The notes beneath the pieces were generated by a model. That model saw nothing but the letters and a program-made list of their open reading frames with translations, did not search any database and was not told the DNA's origin. A DNA stretch of 60,431 nt from Candidatus Enterousia sp. (GTDB taxonomy: Bacteria > Pseudomonadota > Alphaproteobacteria > Rs-D84), in assembly GCA_045643965.1 (NCBI GenBank), contig JAZRGB010000042.1, forward strand, positions 1 through 60,431, given 5' to 3'. The number at the start of each line of letters is the position of its first letter. Within the stretch, counting starts at the first letter, position 1. Positions 36,796-46,064 of this stretch are shown piece by piece. The position numbers were made by a program, and so were the translations under genes.

Positions 36796-37221
36796 ATGAT
36801 AATTATCTTTGCACATAAATTAGTGGATGATACAAAACAAGAGTTACTGTCCGAAATTGAAAAATTTCGGGCAGACAACCACATCAAGGAAAAAGTAATA
36901 TTTATTCCAAAAACACAAGAAACTTTACCTAAACCAATATTACCCGAACCTGAAATACTAATTACACAGAATATATCAGACGACACAAACCAAGAAATGC
37001 TGTCAGAAATTGAAAAAATTCGTACAGAAGAAATTATATTAGAAAACATTCCAGAAATATCAACTTCACCTATTGAATTGATATTGCCTAAATCTGGTTT
37101 ATCATTAAACGAACAAAACGCACGAAAACATCATACAAAAAATATGTTTTCACGTTATAACAACGTAAAACAAATATACAACAAACACAAATATCATAAA
37201 AAACAAAACAAATTAAGGTAA
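36796..37221 (+). CDS. hypothetical protein with two ~51-aa internal repeats and a basic tail
   Basis: 141 aa. DDTKQELLSEIEKFRADN... is repeated as DDTNQEMLSEIEKIRTEE... The tail is KHKYHKKQNKLR. Weak RBS. Confidence 0.45.
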   Translation: MIIIFAHKLVDDTKQELLSEIEKFRADNHIKEKVIFIPKTQETLPKPILPEPEILITQNISDDTNQEMLSEIEKIRTEEIILENIPEISTSPIELILPKSGLSLNEQNARKHHTKNMFSRYNNVKQIYNKHKYHKKQNKLR

Positions 37222-37227
37222 ACAAAA

Positions 37228-37395
37228 ATGTTAAATGATTTAGTCAGAATGATACGTGAAATGGCTGTATTTGGAGCACGTATAAAAATCCGCGAACGCG
37301 AAGATCGTTATAAAAAGAATTTTATTCTGCGTGCGAACAAATGGTCACAAATAAAGCACCTGCAAACAAGATATAACAACACAAAACATAAATAA
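37228..37395 (+). CDS. small basic hypothetical protein (55 aa)
   Basis: Hand translation: MLNDLVRMIREMAVFGARIKIREREDRYKKNFILRANKWSQIKHLQTRYNNTKHK. RBS aaggta. Ends 4 nt before miaB. Confidence 0.4.
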   Translation: MLNDLVRMIREMAVFGARIKIREREDRYKKNFILRANKWSQIKHLQTRYNNTKHK

Positions 37396-37399
37396 AATC

Positions 37400-38707
37400 A
37401 TGAAAAAATTCTTTATCCAAACTTTTGGTTGTCAAATGAACGTATATGATGGTTGGCGTATTGCCGCAATGCTTGAACACCGCGGAATGTGCCGTACAGA
37501 AAATATTTCTGACGCAGACATCATTATATTAAACACATGTGCTGTCCGTGCCAAAGCAACAGATAAAGTATTTTCTGCACTGGGACGCATCAGACGTGCA
37601 AAAAAACCATCTGCCCTGTTTGGCATTGTCGGTTGTGTTGCACGCGAATCTGGCAGTGACGCATTTCGCAGAATCCCAGATTTAAACTTTGTATTGGGAC
37701 CACAAAGTTATCATAAATTACCTGAAATTCTGGAAAACCCAGACGCAAAATTATTTAATATTGATTTAGGTGGTTTGGAAAAATTTGATGAATTACCACA
37801 GATGGAAAAGTCACCAACTGTTGCATACATTCCAATCCAAGAAGGATGCAATCACGTATGCACATACTGTATTGTTCCATACACACGCGGTCGTGAAATA
37901 TCACGTAAATTTGATGATTGTGTTCGTGATACAATTCACGCGGCAAATACTGGTGCTGTTGAAATATGTTTCTTGGGACAAAATGTAAATGGATACAAGT
38001 ACACAGATGATAATGGCAACACATATCGCCTGTCTGATTTAATCCGCGAAGCAGCAAAAATCGAATCGGTTAAACGTATCAGATTCACATCCAGTTATCC
38101 AACAGAAATGACAGATGACTTGATTGAAATGTTTGCGATTGAACCAAAGTTATTACCATTTTTAAACATGCCAATTCAAAGTGGTTCGCAAAATGTTCTG
38201 ACACGCATGAACCGTCCATATACATTGGAACTGTACACTGACATAATTCGCAAATTACGTATTGCACGCCCAGACATACAAATATCATCTGATTTTATTG
38301 TTGGCTTTCCTGGGGAATCTGACGAAGATTTTGAACAAACAATGCGAATCGCAGAACAAATAAAATATATCAATTCTTATTCATTCAAATATTCACCACG
38401 CCCACATACGGCCGCTGCATTAATGCCAGATCAGATTCCAGAAAACATCAAAGCTGAACGACTGGCAAAACTAGACACATATTTAAATGAAGTTCAACGT
38501 GAATTTAATATCAGTTGCATTGATAAAACCATGGAATGTTTACTAGAAGGCCCAGATAAAACAGGTAATCATTTAATTTATCGTACACCTTATATGCAGC
38601 AATGTATTGTTGAAAAAGCATCAGATAATACACCTGCACCTATCTTGGCAAATATATGTATTACAAATGCAAACAAGGCGTCACTTCGTGGTAAATTTGT
38701 AAAATAA
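37400..38707 (+). CDS. miaB: tRNA-i6A37 methylthiotransferase MiaB
   Basis: 435 aa. N-terminal MTTase Cys triad (FGCQMN...NTCAVR...GC), radical-SAM CNHVCTYCIVP, and a TRAM-like C-terminus. Confidence 0.9.
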   Translation: MKKFFIQTFGCQMNVYDGWRIAAMLEHRGMCRTENISDADIIILNTCAVRAKATDKVFSALGRIRRAKKPSALFGIVGCVARESGSDAFRRIPDLNFVLGPQSYHKLPEILENPDAKLFNIDLGGLEKFDELPQMEKSPTVAYIPIQEGCNHVCTYCIVPYTRGREISRKFDDCVRDTIHAANTGAVEICFLGQNVNGYKYTDDNGNTYRLSDLIREAAKIESVKRIRFTSSYPTEMTDDLIEMFAIEPKLLPFLNMPIQSGSQNVLTRMNRPYTLELYTDIIRKLRIARPDIQISSDFIVGFPGESDEDFEQTMRIAEQIKYINSYSFKYSPRPHTAAALMPDQIPENIKAERLAKLDTYLNEVQREFNISCIDKTMECLLEGPDKTGNHLIYRTPYMQQCIVEKASDNTPAPILANICITNANKASLRGKFVK

Positions 38708-38712
38708 AATTA

Positions 38713-40266
38713 TCAGAATAATAACTTTGCATTTACTGACGCTTTATATGACAAACTGTCATACGTGCTGATTATTGACAATGCAATATTGCCACCAATC
38801 ATATCCATCGGTGACATAAAACCAATTTTACCAGACACACCCAACGTACAATCTGTATCTGCAACAACAGATACGCCATATACATATTCCAAATCAGACA
38901 CAACATATCTATATTCAGAATCCACGCCAACACGTCCCATATATTCAGAATATTTATACCCAGCCAAATCATAAAACTGCGTTACAAAACCTGCAAACGG
39001 TACTATTGAAAACGAATCGGCTTTAAACCTATAACCTGCATCTGTTACCACATATCCAAAACTGGCATTTGGTTTATTAATCAAATCATCATACCAGACA
39101 TACGGAATATTAAATTCAGCAAACGACAATCCTGTATTCAGATTTACAAACATATTATTTTCAAACAAATACCCTGCCCCAAAATTCACCCCATATATAT
39201 CGCCAGAAAAACTATCTAAACTTGACGCATAATCCATATGCGAAATATTGACACCAATATTAATTTTAAATTTATCTTTAATAACATTTACTAAATTAAC
39301 ATCTGCACCATACAAATAAAAATCATCAGACAGAATTCCAAACATATTGGCATTAACATTATTTTCAAACCCAACATTTAAAGATTGAACATTTATTGTA
39401 TTTATTATTTGTAATGGACGCACCAATACATCTGGGTTAAACAATACAGAATTGTCCATAATTGAAAACAAAGAATCTTTGTCTGCGGCAGAATCCAATG
39501 CATACATTAAATTATCGTTTTTATCATCATAACGCAGTGCATTTATAAATTTACCCATATCATTATCAAAAATAACCACATAGTCTGTTTCACGCACACG
39601 TTCAACATACAGTTTTCCATCACGAACCGCACCCACATTAACAAACATGACATCATTACTATCTGACACAAAACGAACAGACGCAGAATTTGTTACATCA
39701 TCCAGCACAGTTACACCACCGCCATCAATCAAGTCACCAATAACCAATGTAACATTATCGCCAATCACTACATGTTTTGATTTATTTAGTGGCACCTTGT
39801 TTATATTCAACGTTACATTATTCAAAACAATTACATTACTATCATCAGACAAATCGATAACATCTGCCAAAGAAAGCCCCATATCGCCATGAACCACAGT
39901 TGTATAATTAGTTCCCAAATTCATAGCAATCATATTATCTATATTTGATACAGTTTGAAAAATTTGTGCACCATCATTTAATACAACTGTTTCTACATCT
40001 ATAAAATTATAATTTTCGAATATTACATCGCATCCGGCACAAATTTCCAGTTCACCTGGTTGAAACAGCCCATGATTTTCTATCTTTAAACTATTACCAT
40101 AATCAACATCTACAAACGCCTTGGTTACAAAGAATTTTCCATCTTGATTGACATACACATCTTCAAACAACACATCATATGTACCAATAACTTCAGAATT
40201 GATATCTTGTGCATGTACAATCCCCACACAAAGCATAGACAATAAAAAAGACAAAATTTTATACAT
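38713..40266 (-). CDS. autotransporter-like outer-membrane protein (beta-helix-like passenger plus C-terminal barrel)
   Basis: 517 aa from the ATG at 40266 (MYKILSFLLSMLCVGIVHA signal peptide). The N-terminal half is rich in N/D/V repeats. The C-terminal ~270 aa has alternating Y/F/G strands and ends ...SVNAKLLF. Confidence 0.5.
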   Translation of the reverse strand: MYKILSFLLSMLCVGIVHAQDINSEVIGTYDVLFEDVYVNQDGKFFVTKAFVDVDYGNSLKIENHGLFQPGELEICAGCDVIFENYNFIDVETVVLNDGAQIFQTVSNIDNMIAMNLGTNYTTVVHGDMGLSLADVIDLSDDSNVIVLNNVTLNINKVPLNKSKHVVIGDNVTLVIGDLIDGGGVTVLDDVTNSASVRFVSDSNDVMFVNVGAVRDGKLYVERVRETDYVVIFDNDMGKFINALRYDDKNDNLMYALDSAADKDSLFSIMDNSVLFNPDVLVRPLQIINTINVQSLNVGFENNVNANMFGILSDDFYLYGADVNLVNVIKDKFKINIGVNISHMDYASSLDSFSGDIYGVNFGAGYLFENNMFVNLNTGLSFAEFNIPYVWYDDLINKPNASFGYVVTDAGYRFKADSFSIVPFAGFVTQFYDLAGYKYSEYMGRVGVDSEYRYVVSDLEYVYGVSVVADTDCTLGVSGKIGFMSPMDMIGGNIALSIISTYDSLSYKASVNAKLLF

Positions 40267-40321
40267 ATAAATCCCAGTTAACAAACACTAGGATATAAGA
40301 AAAAACTCCTAAAACAAACAT

Positions 40322-40350
40322 AAAAAAACACCCTATGATTTCAGGGTGTT
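40322..40350 (-). terminator. intrinsic terminator after the SodC-like gene
   Basis: Hairpin aacaccct-N8-agggtgtt. The minus strand is followed by ttttttta. Confidence 0.7.
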
Positions 40351-40370
40351 TCTTTAAGAATCAAAATAAA

Positions 40371-40931
40371 TTATTTTTCTAATTTTCCCCATCCAGCTTT
40401 ATATCCGCCATCACGTTCCAAATAGATATTTGCACCATTTAATTGTGCTGCACTTAATCCCTGAATCATATAAGTCTGATTTAATTTACCACTTAACCCT
40501 GTTTCCAACATAGGCATTTTGATATCCATCGCTTTTGCAGAACGACAGCAATTCGCATCGTTATGGCAAGAACCACACTGATACAGTTTTACCGTATAAG
40601 GAACACCTGGACGCATATCTTTCAAATCGACATGCATTTTCAAACCATTGTCTGTATCGTGGAATTTAATATATCCCATTTTTGATTCGCCACCACGACT
40701 GCTGTGAGTATACATTTTTGCATAAACATTATTTACTTCTGCATTTTCATATGTTTGATAAACAACAATTGTATCAGATTCAATCATTTCCACTGGTTGC
40801 ATATATTGTTTATCATGATGCATTGCTTTCTTATGATGATGTTTTGTTGGACAAGAAGAACAACCTGCCAACATTGCTGCTGCCCCCAACACAGATGCAA
40901 AAACACATGTTTTTTTAATTAAATTTGCCAT
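40371..40931 (-). CDS. lipoprotein with degenerate Cu/Zn-superoxide-dismutase-like domain and His-rich N-terminal segment
   Basis: 186 aa. Lipobox MLAGC, then HHHKKAMHH. MGYIKFHDTDNGLKMHVDLKDMRPGVPYTVKLYQCGSC aligns with recalled SodC (IGSVTITETDKGLEF...LPPGEHGFHIHAKGSC), but the catalytic His residues are replaced. Confidence 0.45.
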   Translation of the reverse strand: MANLIKKTCVFASVLGAAAMLAGCSSCPTKHHHKKAMHHDKQYMQPVEMIESDTIVVYQTYENAEVNNVYAKMYTHSSRGGESKMGYIKFHDTDNGLKMHVDLKDMRPGVPYTVKLYQCGSCHNDANCCRSAKAMDIKMPMLETGLSGKLNQTYMIQGLSAAQLNGANIYLERDGGYKAGWGKLEK

Positions 40932-41004
40932 TTTATTTTCTCCTTTGTTTTATTGTTGGTACAGCAATAATTTTACTATATCTTATATATTTTTCCGCAG
41001 GTTT

Positions 41005-41019
41005 GATTCCCTAGGAATC
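41005..41019. promoter_or_regulatory. 6-3-6 inverted repeat in the divergent SodC-like / Dps-like intergenic region
   Basis: gattcc-cta-ggaatc. Confidence 0.25.
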
Positions 41020-41121
41020 CCAAGAAACACAACGTATAGCACGATTTGAATACAGACCTATATGACACATATTTTTATTCTGATAAATTATATATGTTTA
41101 ACCAACAAAGGAGAAAAAAAC

Positions 41122-41478
41122 ATGTACGAATTACTTCAACACTTAGTTGCATTTAAATATGCATGCAAATTGAATCATTGGTCAACAGACATTTATTCTA
41201 AACACTTGTTATTTGACAGATTATCCGAAGACATAGATACATGGGTTGACGAAATTGCAGAAACCTATTTTATGGCTTCAGACAACAAATCAGTATTTAA
41301 ACCAAACCTGTTAAATGAAAAGTTTGTAAATCTAGATTTAGTAAAATCATGTGAAAAAATTATTTCATTACTTGAAAAATTACAAAACGATGACGACACC
41401 AACGAAGGCATAAACTCTTTGCTTAGTGGCATCGAAGATGGATTTTTAAATAAATTAGCCCTGGCCAAATTAGCATAA
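41122..41478 (+). CDS. short Dps/ferritin-like four-helix-bundle protein
   Basis: 118 aa from the ATG at 41122 (RBS aaaggaga). LNHWSTDIYSKHLLFDRLSEDIDTWVDEIAETY resembles the Dps ferroxidase-region pattern HW...G..F..lH..f.e.......D.iAER. Confidence 0.45.
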   Translation: MYELLQHLVAFKYACKLNHWSTDIYSKHLLFDRLSEDIDTWVDEIAETYFMASDNKSVFKPNLLNEKFVNLDLVKSCEKIISLLEKLQNDDDTNEGINSLLSGIEDGFLNKLALAKLA

Positions 41479-41484
41479 AAAAAG

Positions 41485-41505
41485 TCCCACATTTGTGGGA
41501 TTTTT
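41485..41505 (+). terminator. intrinsic terminator after the Dps-like gene
   Basis: Hairpin tcccac-attt-gtggga followed by ttttt. Confidence 0.7.
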
Positions 41506-41512
41506 AATTAAT

Positions 41513-41537
41513 AAAAAGCACCCCATTTTGGGGTGCT
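41513..41537 (-). terminator. intrinsic terminator after the OMP gene (back-to-back with the previous terminator)
   Basis: Hairpin agcacccc-atttt-ggggtgct. The minus strand is followed by tttttatt. Confidence 0.7.
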
Positions 41538-41543
41538 TTATTC

Positions 41544-42155
41544 TTAGAACATAAATCTGATACCGACATCGCCACCAAAGTTATGTAAACCTGATTGGAT
41601 ATCAACATATGTATAACGTGCTGCCATATCCACAGCAAAACGTTCCATATCAAATGTTACACCCATTGTTGCCATTGCACCAACGCGTGTTTTGCTTTCG
41701 CTGTGATGTGGAACCAATGCTCCTTCACGTCTAACATCCGCAAATGCCATACCGACACCCAAACCTGCGAATGGACGAACCGTCTTATATGGCCCAAATT
41801 CCATATAGTTGTTCCACAACAATGTTTGTAATTTTGCTTTTACATCTATTTCGCCCGCTGCACCAAAGTTTTCTTTATCAGATGTTTTACCATAATATGT
41901 CCATTCCATTTCTGAACGAACTGTATCACAAACTTCTAAACCAAGGGCTGCACGACCTTGGAAAACCCAATCAGTAATAGATTCTTTATTACCATCATAT
42001 TTATAATTCAAGTTTGTATAACTTAAACCACCTCTTAAACCGACATACGGATCCATGCCCCACATTTGCCATGAACTGCCCTGATCAGGGTGATTGATTG
42101 CGAATGCTGGACACGCCATCAGTACAGCCAGTGTTGAAATTGCTAATTTTTTCAT
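41544..42155 (-). CDS. outer-membrane beta-barrel protein (small OmpA-like/opacity-porin family)
   Basis: 203 aa. Signal peptide MKKLAISTLAVLMACPAFA, alternating aromatic strands, ending ...DVGIRFMF. A paralog-like relative of the 661..1377 gene. Confidence 0.75.
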   Translation of the reverse strand: MKKLAISTLAVLMACPAFAINHPDQGSSWQMWGMDPYVGLRGGLSYTNLNYKYDGNKESITDWVFQGRAALGLEVCDTVRSEMEWTYYGKTSDKENFGAAGEIDVKAKLQTLLWNNYMEFGPYKTVRPFAGLGVGMAFADVRREGALVPHHSESKTRVGAMATMGVTFDMERFAVDMAARYTYVDIQSGLHNFGGDVGIRFMF

Positions 42156-42278
42156 TTTTTCTCCTTTTAAGTTTTTATAAATTCAAAGTTTCATGTCAAC
42201 GATTTGATTTTATCAATCTTATTAGGATATTTACATAGGTATGAATCCCTGGCAAAAAAAAACAACTATAAAACCAAT

Positions 42279-42299
42279 AAAAAAACCGCACACGGCGGT
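42279..42299 (-). terminator. intrinsic terminator after tRNA-Lys
   Basis: Hairpin accgc-acacg-gcggt. The minus strand is followed by ttttttt. Confidence 0.6.
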
Positions 42300-42308
42300 T
42301 TATTATTT

Positions 42309-42384
42309 TGGTGGACGCGCAGGGACTCGAACCCTGGACCCACTGATTAAGAGTCAGTTGCTCTACCAACTGAGCTACGCATCC
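42309..42384 (-). tRNA. tRNA-Lys (anticodon CUU), CCA encoded
   Basis: Reverse complement: GGATGCG TA GCTC AGTTGGTA GAGC A ACTGA CTCTTAA TCAGT GGGTC CAGGG TTCGAGT CCCTG CGCGTCC A CCA. 76 nt, with one T-G pair in the acceptor stem. Confidence 0.92.
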
Positions 42385-42415
42385 AGAACTGAATTTCTTA
42401 TCAGAACGGGGCTAA

Positions 42416-43642
42416 TTATAGACTTTTTTCTGGTAAATGCAAGTCTTTATCACAATCACATTGCGACAAACGTAATTTCATATGTTTTATATCATTAATC
42501 GTCTGGGCACCTGCCAAGGTCATAACACGTCTTAAATCGTTTTTTAAATAATCAAAGACTGACACAACACCACGCCATCCCCCTAATGCCAAACCGTAAA
42601 TCACAGGCCGACCAATCGCAACAACATCTGCACCTGATGCGATTGCTTTAAAAATATGTGTACCGCGACGAATACCACTATCAAATATAATTGGCACACG
42701 TTTATTTACACGTTTTGCAACATCTGACAAAACATCAAACGCACAAAATGTTCCATCCAACTGGCGACCACCATGATTCGAAACCCATATTGCATCTGCA
42801 CCTGCTACAATTGCAATTTCTGCATCATCAGGATGCTGAATCCCCTTTACAATCACAGGCAGTCTTGTCATTTTTTTTACCCGCATCACATCATATGGTG
42901 TTAATTTATTTTGTGCAGCCGCAAATATTTTACCAATTCCCTGCCCTTTGGTTGGTCCACTTTTTTGTGCAACATTTGGTAACGCCAATGGGAATTTAAA
43001 ATTATTTTTTAAATCTCTAATTCTGTTACCACCAACAGGGGCATCAACTGTTAATATTATTGCACGATAACCCAAATCTTCGGCTTGGCGTACAATTTTC
43101 CGGTTAAATTCATCATCCTTGCTAAGATACAGTTGAAACCATTGTGGTGCACCATTACCTGCAGCCGCGATTTCTGCTAATGTACTGCTGGCATAATTAC
43201 TAACACTCATGATTGTTCCACTGGCTGCCGCACCACGTGCACTGCCGGCTTCGGCAGAAACATGTGCCAATCCATGTGCAGCCACAGGTGCAACAATCAC
43301 AGGCAGCGATATATCAACACCCAAGATACTGGTGGATATATCTGGCATATCAACACCGGTCAATACACGGGGATAAATATCAACATCATTAAAACAATCG
43401 ACATTATCACGCATTGTTTTTTCTGTACCTGCACCACCATAGATATAATCAAAACCGCCCTTTGGAATAACAGCGGCTGCACGCTTTTCAAGATCATCAA
43501 TATCGTAAATTGTAATTTGTGTATCTAAATCTGATGCTTTATATTTATTATCTGTTACTTCACATTTATTAAATTTCATTACCAGCCATACAATTAACAA
43601 CAAGATTAAAATAACGCATAAAATAAAAATGAATTTTTTCAT
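42416..43642 (-). CDS. FMN-dependent alpha-hydroxy-acid oxidase/dehydrogenase (L-lactate oxidase-like) with N-terminal TM anchor
   Basis: 408 aa. TIM-barrel FMN family motifs (PVIVAPVAAHGLAH, FQLYLSKD, ILTVDAPVGGNR, VSNHGGRQLD, DSGIRRGTHIFKA). The N-terminus MKKFIFILCVILILLLIVWLVMKF is strongly hydrophobic. RBS aaggag. Confidence 0.8.
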   Translation of the reverse strand: MKKFIFILCVILILLLIVWLVMKFNKCEVTDNKYKASDLDTQITIYDIDDLEKRAAAVIPKGGFDYIYGGAGTEKTMRDNVDCFNDVDIYPRVLTGVDMPDISTSILGVDISLPVIVAPVAAHGLAHVSAEAGSARGAAASGTIMSVSNYASSTLAEIAAAGNGAPQWFQLYLSKDDEFNRKIVRQAEDLGYRAIILTVDAPVGGNRIRDLKNNFKFPLALPNVAQKSGPTKGQGIGKIFAAAQNKLTPYDVMRVKKMTRLPVIVKGIQHPDDAEIAIVAGADAIWVSNHGGRQLDGTFCAFDVLSDVAKRVNKRVPIIFDSGIRRGTHIFKAIASGADVVAIGRPVIYGLALGGWRGVVSVFDYLKNDLRRVMTLAGAQTINDIKHMKLRLSQCDCDKDLHLPEKSL

Positions 43643-43730
43643 ACCTCATCTCCTTTTTTTGTATTAATAAAACTGTAACACAAGTTTTATTAAAATCAGA
43701 GATGACAGTATTCTTACCCCAGAATAGAAA

Positions 43731-45038
43731 TTATTTCTTTAAATAACTAGACGGATTATACGCCTTGGTTCCCTTACGAATTTCAAAGTGTAATTGTGGA
43801 CTATCAACCTTGCCTGTTTCACCAACTGTTCCTATTTTCTGTCCGACAGATACCTTATGACCACGACGTACGTTCATTGAATCCATATGTGCATAAACAG
43901 TCATCCAACCACCGTCATGCTGAATAATAACTAAATTTCCCATACCTTTTACTTCATTACCTGCATACGCAACGACACCATTTTCAGCCGCTTTAACTGC
44001 AGTACCACGTGTTGCAGAAATATTTATTCCATCATTAAACAAACCATTTGATTTTGCACCATACGCAGACAATATTTTACCACGTACAGGCCACGCAAAT
44101 TTAGATGAAGAACGTGCACTAATCGTTGGCAACTTTTTTGTTGGGTCCGAAGAAATTTTCTTAACAGGTTGTGCTGCAACAGTCTTTGTAGTTGTTTGTT
44201 TTTCAGCCACAACACCCTTGACTTCTGTTTTTACAACATTTGCTGTTACAGTTTTTGAATTACGTGCCACAGACGCTTCTGCTAAATTTGGCACACGCAA
44301 CTTCTGCCCCACAGACAATTCAAATGGTGGTGTTAACTTATTCATTACCGCCAAATCATTAACAGGTATCGAATATTTTCTGGATATTGAATACAAGGTA
44401 TCACCACGTGCAACAACAATTTCTTGTAATTCGACACGTGTTGTTGTTTGCACCATATTTTTTGGTTTATTAACTTGTAATACATCTGCTGTTTCTACAG
44501 GTTCTGTTTTTGATTTTAATAACAATTTTTGACCAACAGATAACTGATATGGTTCCATCAAACCGTTTAACGCAGCAATTTCAGACACACTTAAACCATG
44601 TTTTTTTGCCAATGCATATAATGTATCACCAGGCTTTACAACAACAGTATTTTCATCTGTTGTTTCTGTTTTTTGTTCTGCATATGTCGGAACTGTTAAA
44701 TAATCATCAGACGGTGTTTCTGAAACAATTTCTTGACCATACAGTGCGGCAGCATTTGTTTCAGATTGTGGTGGAACAATATAATCATTAACACTGGCAT
44801 ATATCACATAATCATCACCCGATTCGGTACCATATAGATTTGGAGACGCATACACACCATAGTCTGATGCAGCAGAATTATAAATTTCAGGACTGGCATA
44901 TGGATCTGCCAACAATGCAGGATATCGTGCAGAAATAAATTCCCCAACCGTATCAGGAAACGACACAACGCGTGGTTGCAAATCACACGCACTTTGCGTT
45001 AATAAAACACCAGACAAGATTAACAAGATTTTTTTCAC
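43731..45038 (-). CDS. LysM-domain M23 metallopeptidase lipoprotein (NlpD/EnvC-type murein hydrolase activator)
   Basis: 435 aa. Lipobox LLTQSAC. Two LysM repeats (VVKPGDTLYALAKKHGLSVSEIAALNGL and VVARGDTLYSISRKYSIPVNDLAVMNKL). C-terminal M23 domain (GINI...G..V.AAENGVV.YAG...G.GNLVIIQH..GW.TVYAH...PQLHFEIR). Confidence 0.88.
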   Translation of the reverse strand: MKKILLILSGVLLTQSACDLQPRVVSFPDTVGEFISARYPALLADPYASPEIYNSAASDYGVYASPNLYGTESGDDYVIYASVNDYIVPPQSETNAAALYGQEIVSETPSDDYLTVPTYAEQKTETTDENTVVVKPGDTLYALAKKHGLSVSEIAALNGLMEPYQLSVGQKLLLKSKTEPVETADVLQVNKPKNMVQTTTRVELQEIVVARGDTLYSISRKYSIPVNDLAVMNKLTPPFELSVGQKLRVPNLAEASVARNSKTVTANVVKTEVKGVVAEKQTTTKTVAAQPVKKISSDPTKKLPTISARSSSKFAWPVRGKILSAYGAKSNGLFNDGINISATRGTAVKAAENGVVAYAGNEVKGMGNLVIIQHDGGWMTVYAHMDSMNVRRGHKVSVGQKIGTVGETGKVDSPQLHFEIRKGTKAYNPSSYLKK

Positions 45039-45058
45039 AGACTAATTATATCATAAAT

Positions 45059-45766
45059 TTAGTCGCGACGCATAAATAAAATACTGGATTCAAACAACAA
45101 CCACATTGGCACAGCCAACAATACCTGCGAAACCACATCAGGCGGCGTTAACACAGCAGCCAACACAACAATAAAAACAATTGCATATCTTCTTGATTTT
45201 ATAACCAATGATTTTTTCAAAACACCTATTCTGTTTAATAAAATCAAAACCAACGGCAACTGAAACGCAACACCAAACACTTTCAACAAACTGATTGCAA
45301 ATCGCAAATAATCACGCACCGCAGGCAACATAATATTTGGCACATTTGCTGTCTGATTTAAATTAACAAAAAACTTAAAGACTATTGGCATTAAAAAATA
45401 AAACGCAAAACACGCACCCAGCACAAACAATATTGGCGACACAACCAAAATTGGAAAAATAAATTTTTGTTCAGATTGTTTTAACCCTGGTCTAACAAAA
45501 GCCCACACATGCCACAAAACCACGGGTATAATTACAATCATTGCAAACAAACCTGACAGCGACAAACGCACCATCAAACCATCAGACAATCCAGTATATA
45601 ACAACACACCATCTGACCAAACATTTAACAATGGCACCGTCAAGAAACCTTGAATTAATGGCGACAAATACCACCCGCCTATAAACGCAATCACAAAAAT
45701 CAACGCACACCATAATATACGCCGACGCAGTTCAGAAAAATGTTGCATCAATGTCATCTTTTTCAT
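45059..45766 (-). CDS. tatC: twin-arginine translocase subunit TatC
   Basis: 235 aa with six TM segments. N-terminal HF.ELRRR motif (HFSELRRRILW). Confidence 0.9.
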   Translation of the reverse strand: MKKMTLMQHFSELRRRILWCALIFVIAFIGGWYLSPLIQGFLTVPLLNVWSDGVLLYTGLSDGLMVRLSLSGLFAMIVIIPVVLWHVWAFVRPGLKQSEQKFIFPILVVSPILFVLGACFAFYFLMPIVFKFFVNLNQTANVPNIMLPAVRDYLRFAISLLKVFGVAFQLPLVLILLNRIGVLKKSLVIKSRRYAIVFIVVLAAVLTPPDVVSQVLLAVPMWLLFESSILFMRRD

Positions 45767-46062
45767 TTTGATGCCCTTTTCTTTGCATTTGAACTTTTTG
45801 CTTTTTTCTTTTTTGGCAAAACAGATGAAAATTCATTCAATACATCATTTGTCGTAGAACGAACCAAATCATCAATTGGTTTTTCTAAATCTATTTGCTG
45901 TTTTATATTTTCAGACATATCCGTTACACGCCATATAATTTGACGTACAGCGTTTACAAGTCTGGCCAAAAATCGTGCAACATCTGGCCACAAACGTGAT
46001 GGGATAACCAACACCGCGACCAGAATAATTACAAAAAATTCAGCCCAACTTATTCCAAACAT
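45763..46062 (-). CDS. tatB: twin-arginine translocase subunit TatB
   Basis: 99 aa. MFGISWAEFFVIILVAVLVI followed by an amphipathic helix. ATGA overlap with tatC. Confidence 0.8.
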   Translation of the reverse strand: MFGISWAEFFVIILVAVLVIPSRLWPDVARFLARLVNAVRQIIWRVTDMSENIKQQIDLEKPIDDLVRSTTNDVLNEFSSVLPKKKKAKSSNAKKRASK

Positions 46063-46064
46063 TT

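Noticed and set aside
42241-42498. 85-aa plus-strand ORF
   Set aside because: It runs straight through the tRNA-Lys gene and its terminator, so it is an artefact.
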